A stretch of 64,000 bases of DNA, from NCBI RefSeq assembly GCF_038025025.1, contig NW_027117348.1, positions 682,001 to 746,000 of the forward strand. The letters run 5' to 3'. The DNA comes from Phyllosticta citribraziliensis. Taxonomy: Eukaryota. Made by a program: the position numbers and the translations under genes. Shown one piece after another: positions 36,791 through 48,749 of the stretch (position 1 is its first letter; each line of letters begins with the position of its first letter). The notes beneath the pieces are model-generated. The model saw only the letters and a list, made by a program, of their open reading frames with translations, was not told the origin of the DNA and searched no databases.

Positions 36791-39700
36791 ATGCGCTTTG
36801 ACTCGAGCGATTCATCAGAGAGCAGGTCTGAGTCGCCTGACCCATACCTCGTCGAGTTCATGGAGCCGGAATGGATGGATGAAGCGGACGACGATCATGC
36901 ATCAGAGTCCTCAGAGTCAGAAGAATATTCGCCTGGTCGGGAGCAGGCGATGATAGACTCTATCTACTTCAACCCCGAAATACCGCGTGGGTCACCTGAA
37001 ATCGGCCTTCCAACGACACCGGTCCTTAGATCGAAGACGACCGAAGAGCTGGTAGCCCGAGAGCCTGGCGAACAAACAGTGAGCACCGACAGTCATGTCT
37101 ACGACCCAGTAATGTCACCGACCCCGCAGCCGCGACGTGTGGAGATTCCGGAAAGCTCTCCATTCAACACAGACTATGCATCCTTCCCGTCGAGTCCATG
37201 CTCCAAGGACTGCGACTACGAGGACGACGAGCCGGAGACAGTTGGCGCCGACCCTGACGATCCTGAAGCCCTATTCAGGCCGCGACGTCCAGAATGGTAC
37301 CATCCCCACACGAACATGTCGAACCAGTATTTCGAAAACAACAAGAATCCGCCTCAGCTACTTGAAGACTACGACCATTGGAAAAAGGAGACAATGACAG
37401 TGGTTCTCATAGCCGGGTTCAAAGAATTCGCCAATGGCAACCTCGACAACCATCGGGATTCCATATTCTTCCGGGCAGGCGACCGAAAGGCCTTTGGTAT
37501 CATCACGCGTGCAATGGAGAGAGGAATACCGGGGCTTGAAGAGGCGGTCGAAAAACACGTTCGGGACGGCAACTCATCCCCTTGGCCGATGCGCGATTGG
37601 GTCATTGCCGGGCGATGCGCGCGGGACCCCAAGGGAAAACGAGGGCTGCTTCCCGCGGAGATTGCTATCACGTCGCCGGATGCTTTCAACATGACGTCGA
37701 AAGACCTTTTGCTGGCTTTGGACGAAGTTGGCAAATGTGGTTTGAATACGCCCGAGTCCATCTCTCCTGGCCCTGTGTTGAATGCTCCCGGACCCTCTAC
37801 TCTTCCTCCCGCTTCTTCTGTCCCTCACCTTGCATCAAATGCTCCTGGAACTTCTGCACTAGCTACTACATCAGCTCCTGAGCAAGCTCCTGAGCCTGCA
37901 TCGACATCGAATGCTCCTGGACCCTCTACTCTTCCTCCCGCGTCTTCTGCCCCTGGCACAGCATCGGATGCTCCCGGTCCCCCTACACTAGCTACCACTT
38001 CGGCTCCTAACCCTGCGTCGAATGCTCCTATACCCTCTACACTTACAATCGCCTCGAACCCTGGTCCTGCATTGAATGCCCCCGAACCCTCCACTATTCC
38101 TCCTGATTCGGGTGGCACTTCATCTGCCCCTCCCCCGGCCTCTCACCCCGGCCCTCCGTCCGCTGATCCAACCGAACAGTGGTATAACCGCCGAGATCGC
38201 TACATCGAGGAGCTAGACCCAGAGGAGGTCTTCGCGCAATGGCGACGGTTCTTTTCCAGCAGCCTCTCAGACAACGGCGGGTGTGTCAAAGACTTTGCCA
38301 AACATTTGGACCAGCAGTGCTACGACTTGGAGATCTTTCGCAACCATTCCGAGATCCCCATATGGGTGAAGAAGATGCAGTTTCTTCACGGCCTGCCGGA
38401 GGGATTCGCCCGAGCCAAAGCAAAGTTCTTGAGAAAACATGGGCGACGGCTATTTCGTCAGGATCCCGAGCGCGATGGTCAGGGCCGTGTAATGGAGGGC
38501 AATGCTAGAGCTGTGACTTGGGATTATTTGGTCGAAGAGATGGAAAAGGAGGAGGCGCGTCTGCAGGGCAAAAGAATGAAAGCTATGGAAACAACGGGTT
38601 ATGAACCAGTGGAGAGATTTTTGGAGGGAGGTGAGGGGAATGCTGATGAGCAGCAGCTCATGAGAGAAACAGCCGAGTCGGAGAAAAAGGCCAAGAAGGA
38701 CGTGCAAGATTCAAAAACGATATGTCCTATTTTCAAGGAGATTCTGAGGGATAGGTTCCATGTTGCAGCCGAAGGTGCCGCCAGTCATGCCTCTAACGCT
38801 CCGCCGACTCGCCAGGAAAAGGTACCTTCTCCTTCAAACCTACCCAACGCCCCTCTCCGCACTCCCTTTTACCAATTCACCTCTTCTCGAAAACGCGCTG
38901 ACCCAACAAAGGACGCGCTCCCTTCCAGGAGTTCTTTGAAGCAACCGTCGCTGCCAACTGCCAGCGGCTCTTCTGTTGCTGCTGCTGCTGTCGCCGCCGC
39001 CGACGCTACCATCGCACCACCTAGGAGCGACAAGTCCAAGGGAAAGTCAACACCGACGGAGAAGGTCAAGACGAAAAAGACCACCAAGCCGAACCCGCCC
39101 GACACGTCCAGCAGCAAGACAGCGACTGCGCAGTCCAGCGCTTCAACGAAGAAGGAAAGCGACTCTAAACCACCCAGTTCTTCTGTGACAAAAGCCGTCG
39201 ATCCGCCCGAAGCACCCAAAGACAAGACCAACCTGGAATTGCCCAGAACGCCTGTAAAAAGGCCGAAGTCTGTTCCGCAGAGCGTGTCCGAAACCAAAAA
39301 CATCACGTCCAAGCAGCCCAGCACCACCGGGTCCAAGGTCATCAAGTGCGAACCGCTCAAAGTCCCTCCGAAGAAAACCATCAAGCTCGATGCCCCAGTG
39401 ACCTCCAGCAGCGAAGTTTTCAAACATGAAGCGCCCATCAAATCTGACAGCCAAGGGGAAACGGCAATAATCCCCTGCACCCCTCCTCGGAAGACGATCA
39501 TCGACCCACGTCGAATCGACGTCGACCCCGACACGCTGCCAGACTACTGCAACACGTGTCGCAAGAGCGGACACGCCGATCGCACGCGGGCCTGTCCGCG
39601 CTTCGACCCAGTCAGTGGCGTCATTGTCGGTCGCGACGTCGGACGCGCTCTGTTGCCAGGGAAGACGGAGCAGGGGCGCTTGCTGAAAGAGAGGGACGAG

Positions 39701-40267
39701 GTTTTGGCTAGGGAGAAGCATGCCGCGGAAAAGGCTGAGAGGAAGAGGGCTAGGGCTGAGATGAAGGAGCGAGAGAAATCAGAGAGGCAGAGGCGTGAAG
39801 GGGTGGCGGGAGAAGAGAAGGGCCAAGTTGAGGTGACTGTTCTGGAGAAGCCCAAAAATGCTCCTCAGGCCACGGTACAGGGTGATGGTGAGCCCGCAAC
39901 GTCGACGAATGCTCCCAACGCCGCTACTCAGGTCGAAAGCCAAAAGAAGAAGAAGTCCAAGGAGAAGAAGGAAAGGAATGCTGTTCGGAGCCTAGCTACC
40001 ACTCCCGTTGGGGCCAGGAGTGACTTTGGAGACCGAAATCACCCGCATGCTGCGCCCGAGACGAAAAATGGCCTGCCGGTCGCTCTGCCATCTCAGCCCC
40101 AACCTACAGCGATCGCTGGCACCAAGAGGAAAAGTGACGAGGTGGATGAGGCGGCGGATGCGATTGAGGCTGAAAGCAAGAGGCGCAGGCAGGAAAAGAG
40201 GCGAATGAAGAGGGAGAAGGCGAAGGAGAAAAAGGAGCGCCCACTTGAGTGTCCAGTTGGTGAGTGA
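36791..40267 (+). CDS. Large intronless protein with Ty1/copia Gag-like segments, a Pro/Ser/Ala/Thr repeat insert and a zinc-knuckle-like motif
   Basis: Uninterrupted ~1158-aa ORF. Segments PQLLEDYDHWKKETMTVVLIAGFKEFANG...DRKAFGII, VKDFAKHL...FLHGLPEGF...VTWDYLVEEMEKEEARL and CNTCRKSGHADRTRAC, followed by a Lys/Arg-rich tail. Confidence 0.75.
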   Translation: MRFDSSDSSESRSESPDPYLVEFMEPEWMDEADDDHASESSESEEYSPGREQAMIDSIYFNPEIPRGSPEIGLPTTPVLRSKTTEELVAREPGEQTVSTDSHVYDPVMSPTPQPRRVEIPESSPFNTDYASFPSSPCSKDCDYEDDEPETVGADPDDPEALFRPRRPEWYHPHTNMSNQYFENNKNPPQLLEDYDHWKKETMTVVLIAGFKEFANGNLDNHRDSIFFRAGDRKAFGIITRAMERGIPGLEEAVEKHVRDGNSSPWPMRDWVIAGRCARDPKGKRGLLPAEIAITSPDAFNMTSKDLLLALDEVGKCGLNTPESISPGPVLNAPGPSTLPPASSVPHLASNAPGTSALATTSAPEQAPEPASTSNAPGPSTLPPASSAPGTASDAPGPPTLATTSAPNPASNAPIPSTLTIASNPGPALNAPEPSTIPPDSGGTSSAPPPASHPGPPSADPTEQWYNRRDRYIEELDPEEVFAQWRRFFSSSLSDNGGCVKDFAKHLDQQCYDLEIFRNHSEIPIWVKKMQFLHGLPEGFARAKAKFLRKHGRRLFRQDPERDGQGRVMEGNARAVTWDYLVEEMEKEEARLQGKRMKAMETTGYEPVERFLEGGEGNADEQQLMRETAESEKKAKKDVQDSKTICPIFKEILRDRFHVAAEGAASHASNAPPTRQEKVPSPSNLPNAPLRTPFYQFTSSRKRADPTKDALPSRSSLKQPSLPTASGSSVAAAAVAAADATIAPPRSDKSKGKSTPTEKVKTKKTTKPNPPDTSSSKTATAQSSASTKKESDSKPPSSSVTKAVDPPEAPKDKTNLELPRTPVKRPKSVPQSVSETKNITSKQPSTTGSKVIKCEPLKVPPKKTIKLDAPVTSSSEVFKHEAPIKSDSQGETAIIPCTPPRKTIIDPRRIDVDPDTLPDYCNTCRKSGHADRTRACPRFDPVSGVIVGRDVGRALLPGKTEQGRLLKERDEVLAREKHAAEKAERKRARAEMKEREKSERQRREGVAGEEKGQVEVTVLEKPKNAPQATVQGDGEPATSTNAPNAATQVESQKKKKSKEKKERNAVRSLATTPVGARSDFGDRNHPHAAPETKNGLPVALPSQPQPTAIAGTKRKSDEVDEAADAIEAESKRRRQEKRRMKREKAKEKKERPLECPVGE
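37760..38110 (+). repeat. Coding tandem repeat, about 6 x 57 bp (~19 aa, core [SL][ND]APxPSTL)
   Basis: Copies read LNAPGPSTLPPASS, SNAPGTSALATTSA, SNAPGPSTLPPASS, SDAPGPPTLATTSA, SNAPIPSTLTIASN and LNAPEPSTIPPDS. Confidence 0.85.
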
Positions 40268-40709
40268 GGTGAATGATGGCTGATGGATGAGATAATGGTC
40301 TGATTTGGTCTCTTTTCTTGTTCTCTTTCTCCTTCCTCCTCTCTTCTCTGGATTGTTGTGAAATGGAGTTGTCCACTGCTTCAAGATGTCACGTCGCTGG
40401 TTGTGGAGTATGTCGAGCTCTCCTAGGATTTGACTACGTTGTTTTATTCAAGCCTGTATTCCCCCGCAGCCTTTGCCTTCGCCGTGGTTACTGATTTTAG
40501 CAAGAGCCTCTAACTTGTGATCACGAAAGGAGAAGGTCGTCGCCCCGCCGACTTGTGACTTCTGCTGCCCGTCCACGGCGACAACTTTTCCATCCTGACG
40601 CCGAGAGTCTTTTTACCCTGAGGCCGACATGCAGCTATTCTCTTAAAAATCTTCAGCACTCGTTTTGAATCCATCTTTCCCACACATTTCATCCACGCAC
40701 GCAGGCAGC

Positions 40710-43700
40710 ATGGCCGCACCGACGCGGCTCGACATTGCGCCCCTGTTTCGCCCGGCAGGGAACTCACCTCCTGTCTACCTTGCGCAGTACCTCAGACGAG
40801 AAGAGGCTGCCAAAATTCTTAGCCTGGGCTGTGGCGACATTCGCAACGTCCTCTTCACGGCGTATTGCGAACGGGATCATGGTGAGAAAGAGCTTGATCG
40901 CGAAGACTTCACTTGCTGACCTCGACCAAAAGACAGGCTGCTGGACATCACCTGTTGCGACGTCGAAAAAATGGTGATCGGTAAGATGAGGTCGTCCGCC
41001 GCGCGTTGTCATTCGCTGACCTTGGCCACTTCAGCCCGAAACATCTTCCTCCTGTCGATATTCATCGACAGCGAATCGTCCGCCGTTACCGATGCAGCAG
41101 TGTTCGGGATCTTCACAGACATGGTTCTCAACGAGGAGACGTTCCAGTTCTTCCGGAAACAAGGAAAGAAGCTCCGACAGCGCGCCAAGACACTGGAAAG
41201 ATGGCACAACTCGATCTACGGCAAAGTCATAAGATTCTGTGACAGTGCGTCACTGGACCGGGTGCGTGAGGTCTGGGAATGTTACAGCAGAGGAGATGCC
41301 AGCGACTACACTCAGTTTGAGACCATGTTGAAGGGGGCCAGAGACGTGGGCAAGGCAAAGGGCGTCTCGGCGGAGCTGCTCATGGCGTCTGCCCCTCTCA
41401 ACACCGGCCCGCACACGCTCCTGGAGACCATGCGCGAGACTTACTGGAAACTTGGACAACTTGGATATGAATCAGAGGAAGAGGTTAAGGAAGGAAGATT
41501 ATGGAACCCGACCTTTGGGTGCAGAGCCGCCCACACCGTCATCCATCCAAGCACCTTTCCGCTCGAGGGGTTCCACCTTGCATTGGGACAAGATTTATTC
41601 GACGGATTCTCCCCAATGACTGAGCTGCCTCCCGAAGCAGCCAAGAAACTTTCCCAAATGGCACCTGGAATGATGCAATTTTTCGCGTGGTGCCGCGCTT
41701 TCCGTCGGGGCTGCCAGGATGGAAAAATCACTCTGAGGTTCGCTGTCGGTGATGCTCTAGCTTTTTGCTACGTGCTGCGCGATCTCCACCCGGGAACCCC
41801 ACAGCCTGCTTCGAGGTGGGCACCGCGTGGCCGTTTGAAAATGCAGAATATGGACTTGAATAGCCCAGACTATACCCCGGAAGTCAGCTCCGAGCCAGAG
41901 GCCTCCGAGGCTAGTGTAACAGCTGCTGGGCCAGGTAAAAAGGGTCCGAAAGCAAAGAGCAAAACGCCAGAAACGAATTTCAAGGCACCAATCCGCTTCA
42001 ACGCCATCGATACGGGGCGTCTAGTCGACAAGTGCGGCTCGTTGAACATCTTGCTGGCAACAGCGCCACTGCTCGACTGGTCGCTGTCTTCAACACTGGT
42101 GACAGAGGCGTCTTTGACCGAGGATCCAAACGAGACAGGCGTTTTGGTCGGCTTTTTCCCAGGGCACTTCGACACTATCGCGCTGGTGATTGGACTGATG
42201 CCAGTCGAGTTCTGGTGCAATACAACATCGGTGCCTCCTGTGTCCAGGACCTTCTCGTTGTTGGCGCAGAGGCTGCTTAGGAAGCATCCAACAGTAAAGA
42301 CCAGACTTTGTTGGAAAAGTTGCATCGCCAACGACGTCATCCTTGATGGCATGGGTCGCTTTTCGGGTCTTTCGTATGGTGCGAACGCCCTTGCTTCGTT
42401 TGTCCATATCCTTTATGCCAACATGTTTGGCCCTGGCGAAGGTACTTTACCCCGTAAAGTGAAGAGAGGTTCTCCTTTACTCCATCACACACAAGCAACC
42501 TTTGTCGCGTTTCTGGAGAGGATCAAACACACGTCTGTTACCGCGTGGGGCATTTTCGCAAAGGATTTTCTGAGCCAATTTGACGAGGCGGCCAAGTCGA
42601 CGGGAAGAGGCTACTTCTCCGAGTTGTTGGTTCAGCTGCACCGATTTGGCGTCTTGGACTTTGCCGACTCGCGACGCCTGTTGGGACCACCTTTCGCAAA
42701 TGCAACCCTCGTCCACGCCACTTTGCGAATTCCAAGGGAGGTTTTTCAACGTCTTTGGGGAATCAATCTGTCAAAGCTCGGAGACCTCCGAGTGGTGTGC
42801 ACTGTCTGGCATTCGGAGTCGGTAATCATGGACTTTGGCGTCCTCCGCATGACTTTCGGGACCATTCGGGAGTCAGGGCACGTATTTGGAAGAAGAAGCT
42901 GGCGCCTCGTCATTGACGAAGACCAAGATGGTTGGCTTGGGTTCTCTCCTCTCCTAGTCACCTTCTGCGCCCCATCGTTGACGTTCTCGGAGCCCGACCT
43001 GGTGGTAGCGTTCCGTCTCGAGCAAGACTCCAAGACGGCCGAAGTTCTTGGGCCCATCCTTGGTCCTTCTATGGTCATCTTCGAGACAGGCCTCGACAAC
43101 GAGGAGGGCGTTTTCGTCTGCTCTGAACCTCCCGTCATCCATTCACCAGAGGACATTACAGATCAAAGGCACGACCGATTAGTTCCTCGCGATCTTATTG
43201 CTCCAAGACGCCAGAATCCGACAGGCGCAAATCCTCAGCAGTCGTCTCCTGCAAATGGCACCGTCGCATCGGCATCCGTGGAGGACCAACAGGCCGCTGT
43301 AGCTGCTAGAACATCAGCATCCGCGGAAGATCAGGGGGACGCTTCAGCTGCCGGAGTACTTCAAAACGGCCATGACCCAGCTTCTACCGGTTTTGCTTCA
43401 AAGGAGCTTCCAGAAAAACAGCTTCAACCAGAGATGCTCTTTAAAGTCAGGCTTCATGTGGTCATGAACGAGGTAGGGGAAATGGGAGCGATGTCCGCAC
43501 AGCTCTCCCTTAAGTCGGGGGAGTGGAAAATGAAATTCGCCAATGGTGCTAAGGTCACCGCAAAGCTTGCCTCTCCCTGTGGGCTGGCAGTCTCCATGGA
43601 AGGAAGCGAATCCTTGGGACACATCCTTTTCCCAGTCCCTTTAATCCAAAGCAAGTTTTTGGTTGTGGGAGATCCCGAAGAAAACACAGTTACAGTGACG

Positions 43701-44717
43701 GTCGGGCCCGGCGATCCACTCGAAGAGCGGTACGTTCCCATTCTCATGTGGCCGAATTACCTATTCGATGGCACTATCGTGGTCAACGGAGTGTCATCCT
43801 TGGCTCTGGACGGTCTTCCAACTTTCGACAAGTCCCGCATTGGAGACGTCGAGGGCTTGAAGTCCCTAATATTCCACATTCTGTCTTCTCCTGAGGCTCG
43901 TATACCGCATGACGGCATGGTGCGCAGCTGCGACCCACGCATTAGCTTCAAAAACGACTTGATGGAACTTTTCAAAGGTGCGGCGGGTCTCGACCGGCCT
44001 TTGAAGACATTTTTCATCTTCTGCGACGAAGCGAACAAAGACAGATTCATGATCTGCGTCTCAGCCTTGCGTTTCGATATGAATGAACAATCGATCGTAC
44101 TGGACGCCGCCATCGTCGCCGTTACGGCGCGCAACAGGACTCGGGTGAAGATTTTCGCAAACACGTGTTTCAACAAACACGGCTCTCCTGGCGATGAAGT
44201 CCGCCGCATCTACTTCTCGAACCGCGAAGTTCCACTGTGGAACAGGATGTTCGCAGGGGCCGTCGAGCGCGCCAGAACTTGGTCGCACCGAGACGACTGC
44301 GAGTACAAAGCCGTTGGCCATATGCCTCTCAGCTACGACGTCTACAAGGAATTTCTGTGCTCGTGTGGCCATGGCAAACTGCCAGAAAACTTCTACCCAC
44401 GCAATGCGCCTGGCTGGGACAAGCTCCAGGAGACTGCGGTTCGTGCGGCCATCTCGCCATGCTTCGTGTCAATGTTGGTCGAGCCGCAGAGAATGAACAA
44501 GTTGGTAGCCGAATGCGCGGGCAGGAAAGCGGACGACACCGACTGCTTCAATTGCAGGAAAACGCCGGAGCAGCTCGGGGGCAAGACGATGAGCAAATGC
44601 GCCGGATGCGGTGTCGCAAAATACTGCTCGAGAGAGTGTCAGAAGGAGGCCTGGAAGATGCACAAGTCAATGTGCAGCTTCTACACCGGTTTTGGTAATA
44701 ACGACCGGGAGAGATGA
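40710..44717 (+). CDS. DUF4470-type N-terminal domain + C-terminal MYND zinc finger protein; introns 40882-40932 and 40981-41034
   Basis: PAGNSPP, ILSLGCGDIRNVLFT and LDITCCD...ARN after splicing, then FAVGDALAFC, WSHRDDCEY and LCSCGHG. MYND finger CFNC...CAGC...YCSRECQKEAWKMHKSMC. Confidence 0.9.
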
Positions 44718-45975
44718 TGGAGTGGTTTTCGTTGGCAGGGGGATGAGTGGATTCTAAAATGGCAATGGGCAGTTCTGGATAGGAGGAGTTGAAAAATGCA
44801 AAAGGACAGAGGCTAGTTAGAGGTCGATAGCTGACAGCAGGCGAAAACAATTTGCTTTGAATCCGTTGTCGAGGAGGAGTTGTATCCTGAGGATAAGCAT
44901 GTCGAAAAGGTGATGTATCAGGCAATTGGCCTGTTGTCATCCCCAAGACACACAATCAACGCCTTCGGCATTCGTCTTTCGAAGGAGAGAAGATAGAAGA
45001 GTGGCACGTCTTTCAATCTCCATGGCGCCGAGCAAAAGGTGTATCACGGCCTCTTGGCAACGTCGCCATCAATCCATCCTCTTGCCTAGGTCCCTTCTTC
45101 CCCACAAAACAGTGCAGCACAAAGACGGCACGGCTGATTGGGTCATTGAGTCATAGATATCTGTACCCTGGACGTTTCTCTTACTTCGGCCAGAAGCAGC
45201 ATTTGAAATGGCTCGTCAAAAAAGTGTCCGAGGCCGCCGAAGTGTTGGTGTTGCACGAAGACTGTTTGTGGTTGAAAATGATAGCAGCTTTTGGCGGACT
45301 GCCCGGAGCATTGGAAGAGTGGGATAGGGCATAGCATGACTCCAAACGCGAAGCCTGGGACAGGCGGGACTGCCGCCAAGTCTGCTCGCCCGCCACCGCA
45401 GGCTCTCCCACTCTTGCGCATTTTTAACCTTTTGGGCGGGCCTCATGGATGCTCCCACTTTTGCCGGTATCAGTCACGTGCGGCGAGACGGTATTCTCTC
45501 TCCGCCGCCCGCGTCCACCCTTGGGCCTGCTCCAGCTCGTGTGTGTGTGGAGATAAGCCGCCTGCCCTGCGCCGTCCCCAAAAATGGGTTAGGGAGCTTG
45601 TGTCATGACGTTCGCGCTGGGTGGTGGATAGGCTGGCCGGGCAGGCATGCTCGACACGCCAGTAAATGGATACACCATGGTTTTTCTCTTATATTTGCCG
45701 GGCATGCTCCTGGCCAGGCGCACATGCACCGGAAGACGTCGAGAGTCTACTATTTTATCTTTTTTCGTCGACTCAAATTGCGGCGGTATCGTGACTGCGT
45801 TTTGCTCTACGCGTACCTGGTACTCGCCAATCCGTTCCCGCTCTCGAAAAGAATTCGGTCAACGACACCTCATGTGCCAGCATTGCCTTCGTCCGCGTCT
45901 GTCGTCTCGTCCTCTCAGCGCCGCCGCTGCTTCACGGGGCTCGCCATTTGAAGTCACGCGCCACTTTCTGTCGCA

Positions 45976-48055
45976 ATGATGAACTCGCACGACCAACACC
46001 ACCACCATGATGCAAAGGATGGATCAATCGCAGAAAAAGGCGGCGGCGGCATCGCCGTGGACCCGTCGTCGGCCCATAGCACCAGCAGCGGTGGTGGTGA
46101 CTTCGATGTTGGCGACTCGACCTTCATCACGGCCGGCTCGCAGCACCTGCACCGAAAGCTGCGGTCCAGAGAGGTGCAGCTGTTTGCCATTGGAGGCGCC
46201 ATTGGAACCAGCTTGTTTGTGCAGATGGCGTCGGCGCTGCCAAAGGGGGGGCCCGTAGGCTTGTTCCTGGGCTTCTTGCTTTGGGGATTCGTCATGATTG
46301 GGGTGAATGAGTGCTTCGGTTCGTTTTTTGCCCGTCAGATTAGAGGACTATTGACTTGGAATGTCAAGAAAACGGAAAGAGCACAGTGCTGACTGCTGCG
46401 CAGCTGAGATGGTGTGCTACGCCCCTATTCCCTCGCCATTCATCCGACTTGCTGGATTCTGGGTCGACGATGCACTCCAGTTCGCCATGTCATGGAATTT
46501 CTTCTTTAACATGGCTTTCTTGATACCCTTCGAGCTGGTTGCTTTCCGGATCCTTCTATCATTTTGGACGGACGTTGTGCCGGTAGAAGCGGTGGTGGTT
46601 ATCATCATGATCCTCTACGGGTACGTCGAGCCAAAGAGTCGAAGCCTCCCAGAACTGACGAGGAAGCAGGCTGTTGAACTTGATATCCGTGCGGTATTTT
46701 GGAATGGCCGAGTTCTACTTGTCCATCTTCAAAGTCTTTTTGATTTGCATGCTCATCGCCTTCACCTTCTTCACGATGCTGGGTGTGAATCCGCTGGGTG
46801 ACAGATACGGCTTCCGGTACTGGAAGGATCCGGTAAGCGCTTTAGAAAGACTCCATGGCGGGGTCGCAGAAGTCGTGGCACACAAAACTATGGCTGGGGT
46901 CAGTCAAGGAGCATTCAAGCCTCTGAGAGGCTAGGACTAGGGAGCATTCGAGCCCCAACCTACATGACCTCAGAATTGTGTGCCGCGATACGTGCGATCG
47001 TGCCTTGCTCCGTTGAGCTATAGCTAACGTCTCAGGGTCCCTGGGTCGAGCACCTAGCCTCTGGCGACACTGGCAAATTTCTCGGCTTCCTCTCTTGTGT
47101 CGTCCAGGCCACCTTCACGATAGCGGGCCCCGAATACATCGCGATGGTCGCTGGTGAAGCCGAGCAGCCGCGAACCGTCCTGTTTAAAGCCTTCCGGTCC
47201 TTCATTTGGCGCATGCTTGTCTTCTTCGTCAGCTCCGCACTGGCCATGGGCATCTTGGTGCCATCAAATGACAAGACGCTGAACGCGGTGCTTTCGGGAG
47301 AGCAATCTGGAAGCGGAACCGGAGCCGCCTCGCCATACGTCATTGCAATGAACCGCATGAACATCCCCTTTTTGCCGCACCTCGTCAACGCGCTCATCAT
47401 GACCTCGGTCCTCTCTTCTGGCAATGGTGTGCTCTTCGCCACGACGCGAACACTGTTCGGCATGTCTCTCAACGGCACAGCGCCCAAGTTCTTCTCCAAG
47501 ACGCTCAAGACGGGCATTCCCATCTACTCGGTATTGGCCGGCCTGGCCTTTTGCTGTCTGGCCTTCCTCCAGGTCTCGCATTCGAGCGCGCAAGTCCTGA
47601 CATGGCTGGTCGACCTCATCACCATGGGTCAGCTCATCAACTACTTTTGCGTGGCCCTCACGTACCTCCACTTCCACGCCGCGCTGAAGAGAAACGGCAT
47701 CGACCGCCGCAGCCTGCCCTACCCCGGCCGCTTTCAGCCGTACACGGCCTACGTCGCCATGTTCGGCACGGCGCTCATGGCGCTGCTGCTGGGCTTCGAC
47801 CTCTTCATCAGCGGCAACTGGGACACGACCTTCTTCTTTCTGGACTACACGCTGCTGGGCGCCTTTCCCATCGCGTTTGCCGTCTGGAAGCTGGTGCACA
47901 AGACAAAGTATGTGCCCATGGGCACGGCGGACCTGACGGTCGGTGGCCTCGTGCCAGAGATAGACGAGTACGAGAAGGTGTTTGTGCCTAAGCCCATGGG
48001 TAGAATTGAGTGGTGGTTGGACCGCGTTTTCAACGGCAAGAGCCATTCGCAATGA
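45976..48055 (+). CDS. Amino acid permease (APC/YAT family, AGP2/proline-permease-like); introns 46319-46403, 46621-46669 and 46833-47035
   Basis: LHRKLRSREVQLFAIGGAIGTSLF, AEMVCYAP, FRYWKDP|GPW, GPEYIAMVAGEA and SPYVIAM. Canonical splice sites restore one reading frame. Confidence 0.92.
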
Positions 48056-48749
48056 GGTCGTCCGTGAAAGCAGATAGATCTTTTGTGGTTATCAAAATGT
48101 GTTGATCGTTTGCCTGTTTGTAATCTGCCATCGTGATAATGCGGCTCGCTCTTCGCTTTTGCTTTTGCTCCTGTGTCATACTGCGTCAGGTCGGGGTTTC
48201 AATCCTTTGCCGAGGAACGTACCTACTGCGTTTTGACGTAGCCCCAAATACCATCATTGGATGTCAGTAATGGTACACGGATGCTCCCTGGTTGCTTACT
48301 TTGTCAAGGTCCTCACATGATTGCCAACAGTGTAGAACCTATCGCCTCGGATGAGGATGACGGCATCCGAAGAATTGCCTTGGGAAAAGTGAGTGTTGAG
48401 GCAATGTCTACCTCTTGAAACGATTTTGGTATGGAAGAAACGGAGAATAGATAGAGTGAGGATCGACGACTTCTGAAGCCAAGTCTTCAATACTTTGTGA
48501 TTGACAAATCGAAAACGCCACTGTATTGATAAAATTGCCCTGCGCTGCGCGAGAAACAAAAGGAAAGTATCCAGGGGGCCCAAGAGCCTACCAAAGCAAA
48601 AAGCCGCATCTACCGTGATTCTACCCGTTCCGAAGCAAGGAGGCTTTTTCTATGTCGTATCCCTTTTACCCAAAAAATGCTTTTGAAACAGTATGCTGAC
48701 CGCTCGTTTTATCTTCTACCTCTATCTTGAACTTTTTCACCGCCCGGAG

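Noticed and set aside
35000..41000. Intact LTR retrotransposon around the Gag-like ORF
   Set aside because: I see no pol domains, no TG...CA direct repeats and no primer-binding site by eye, so it is not called as a mobile element.
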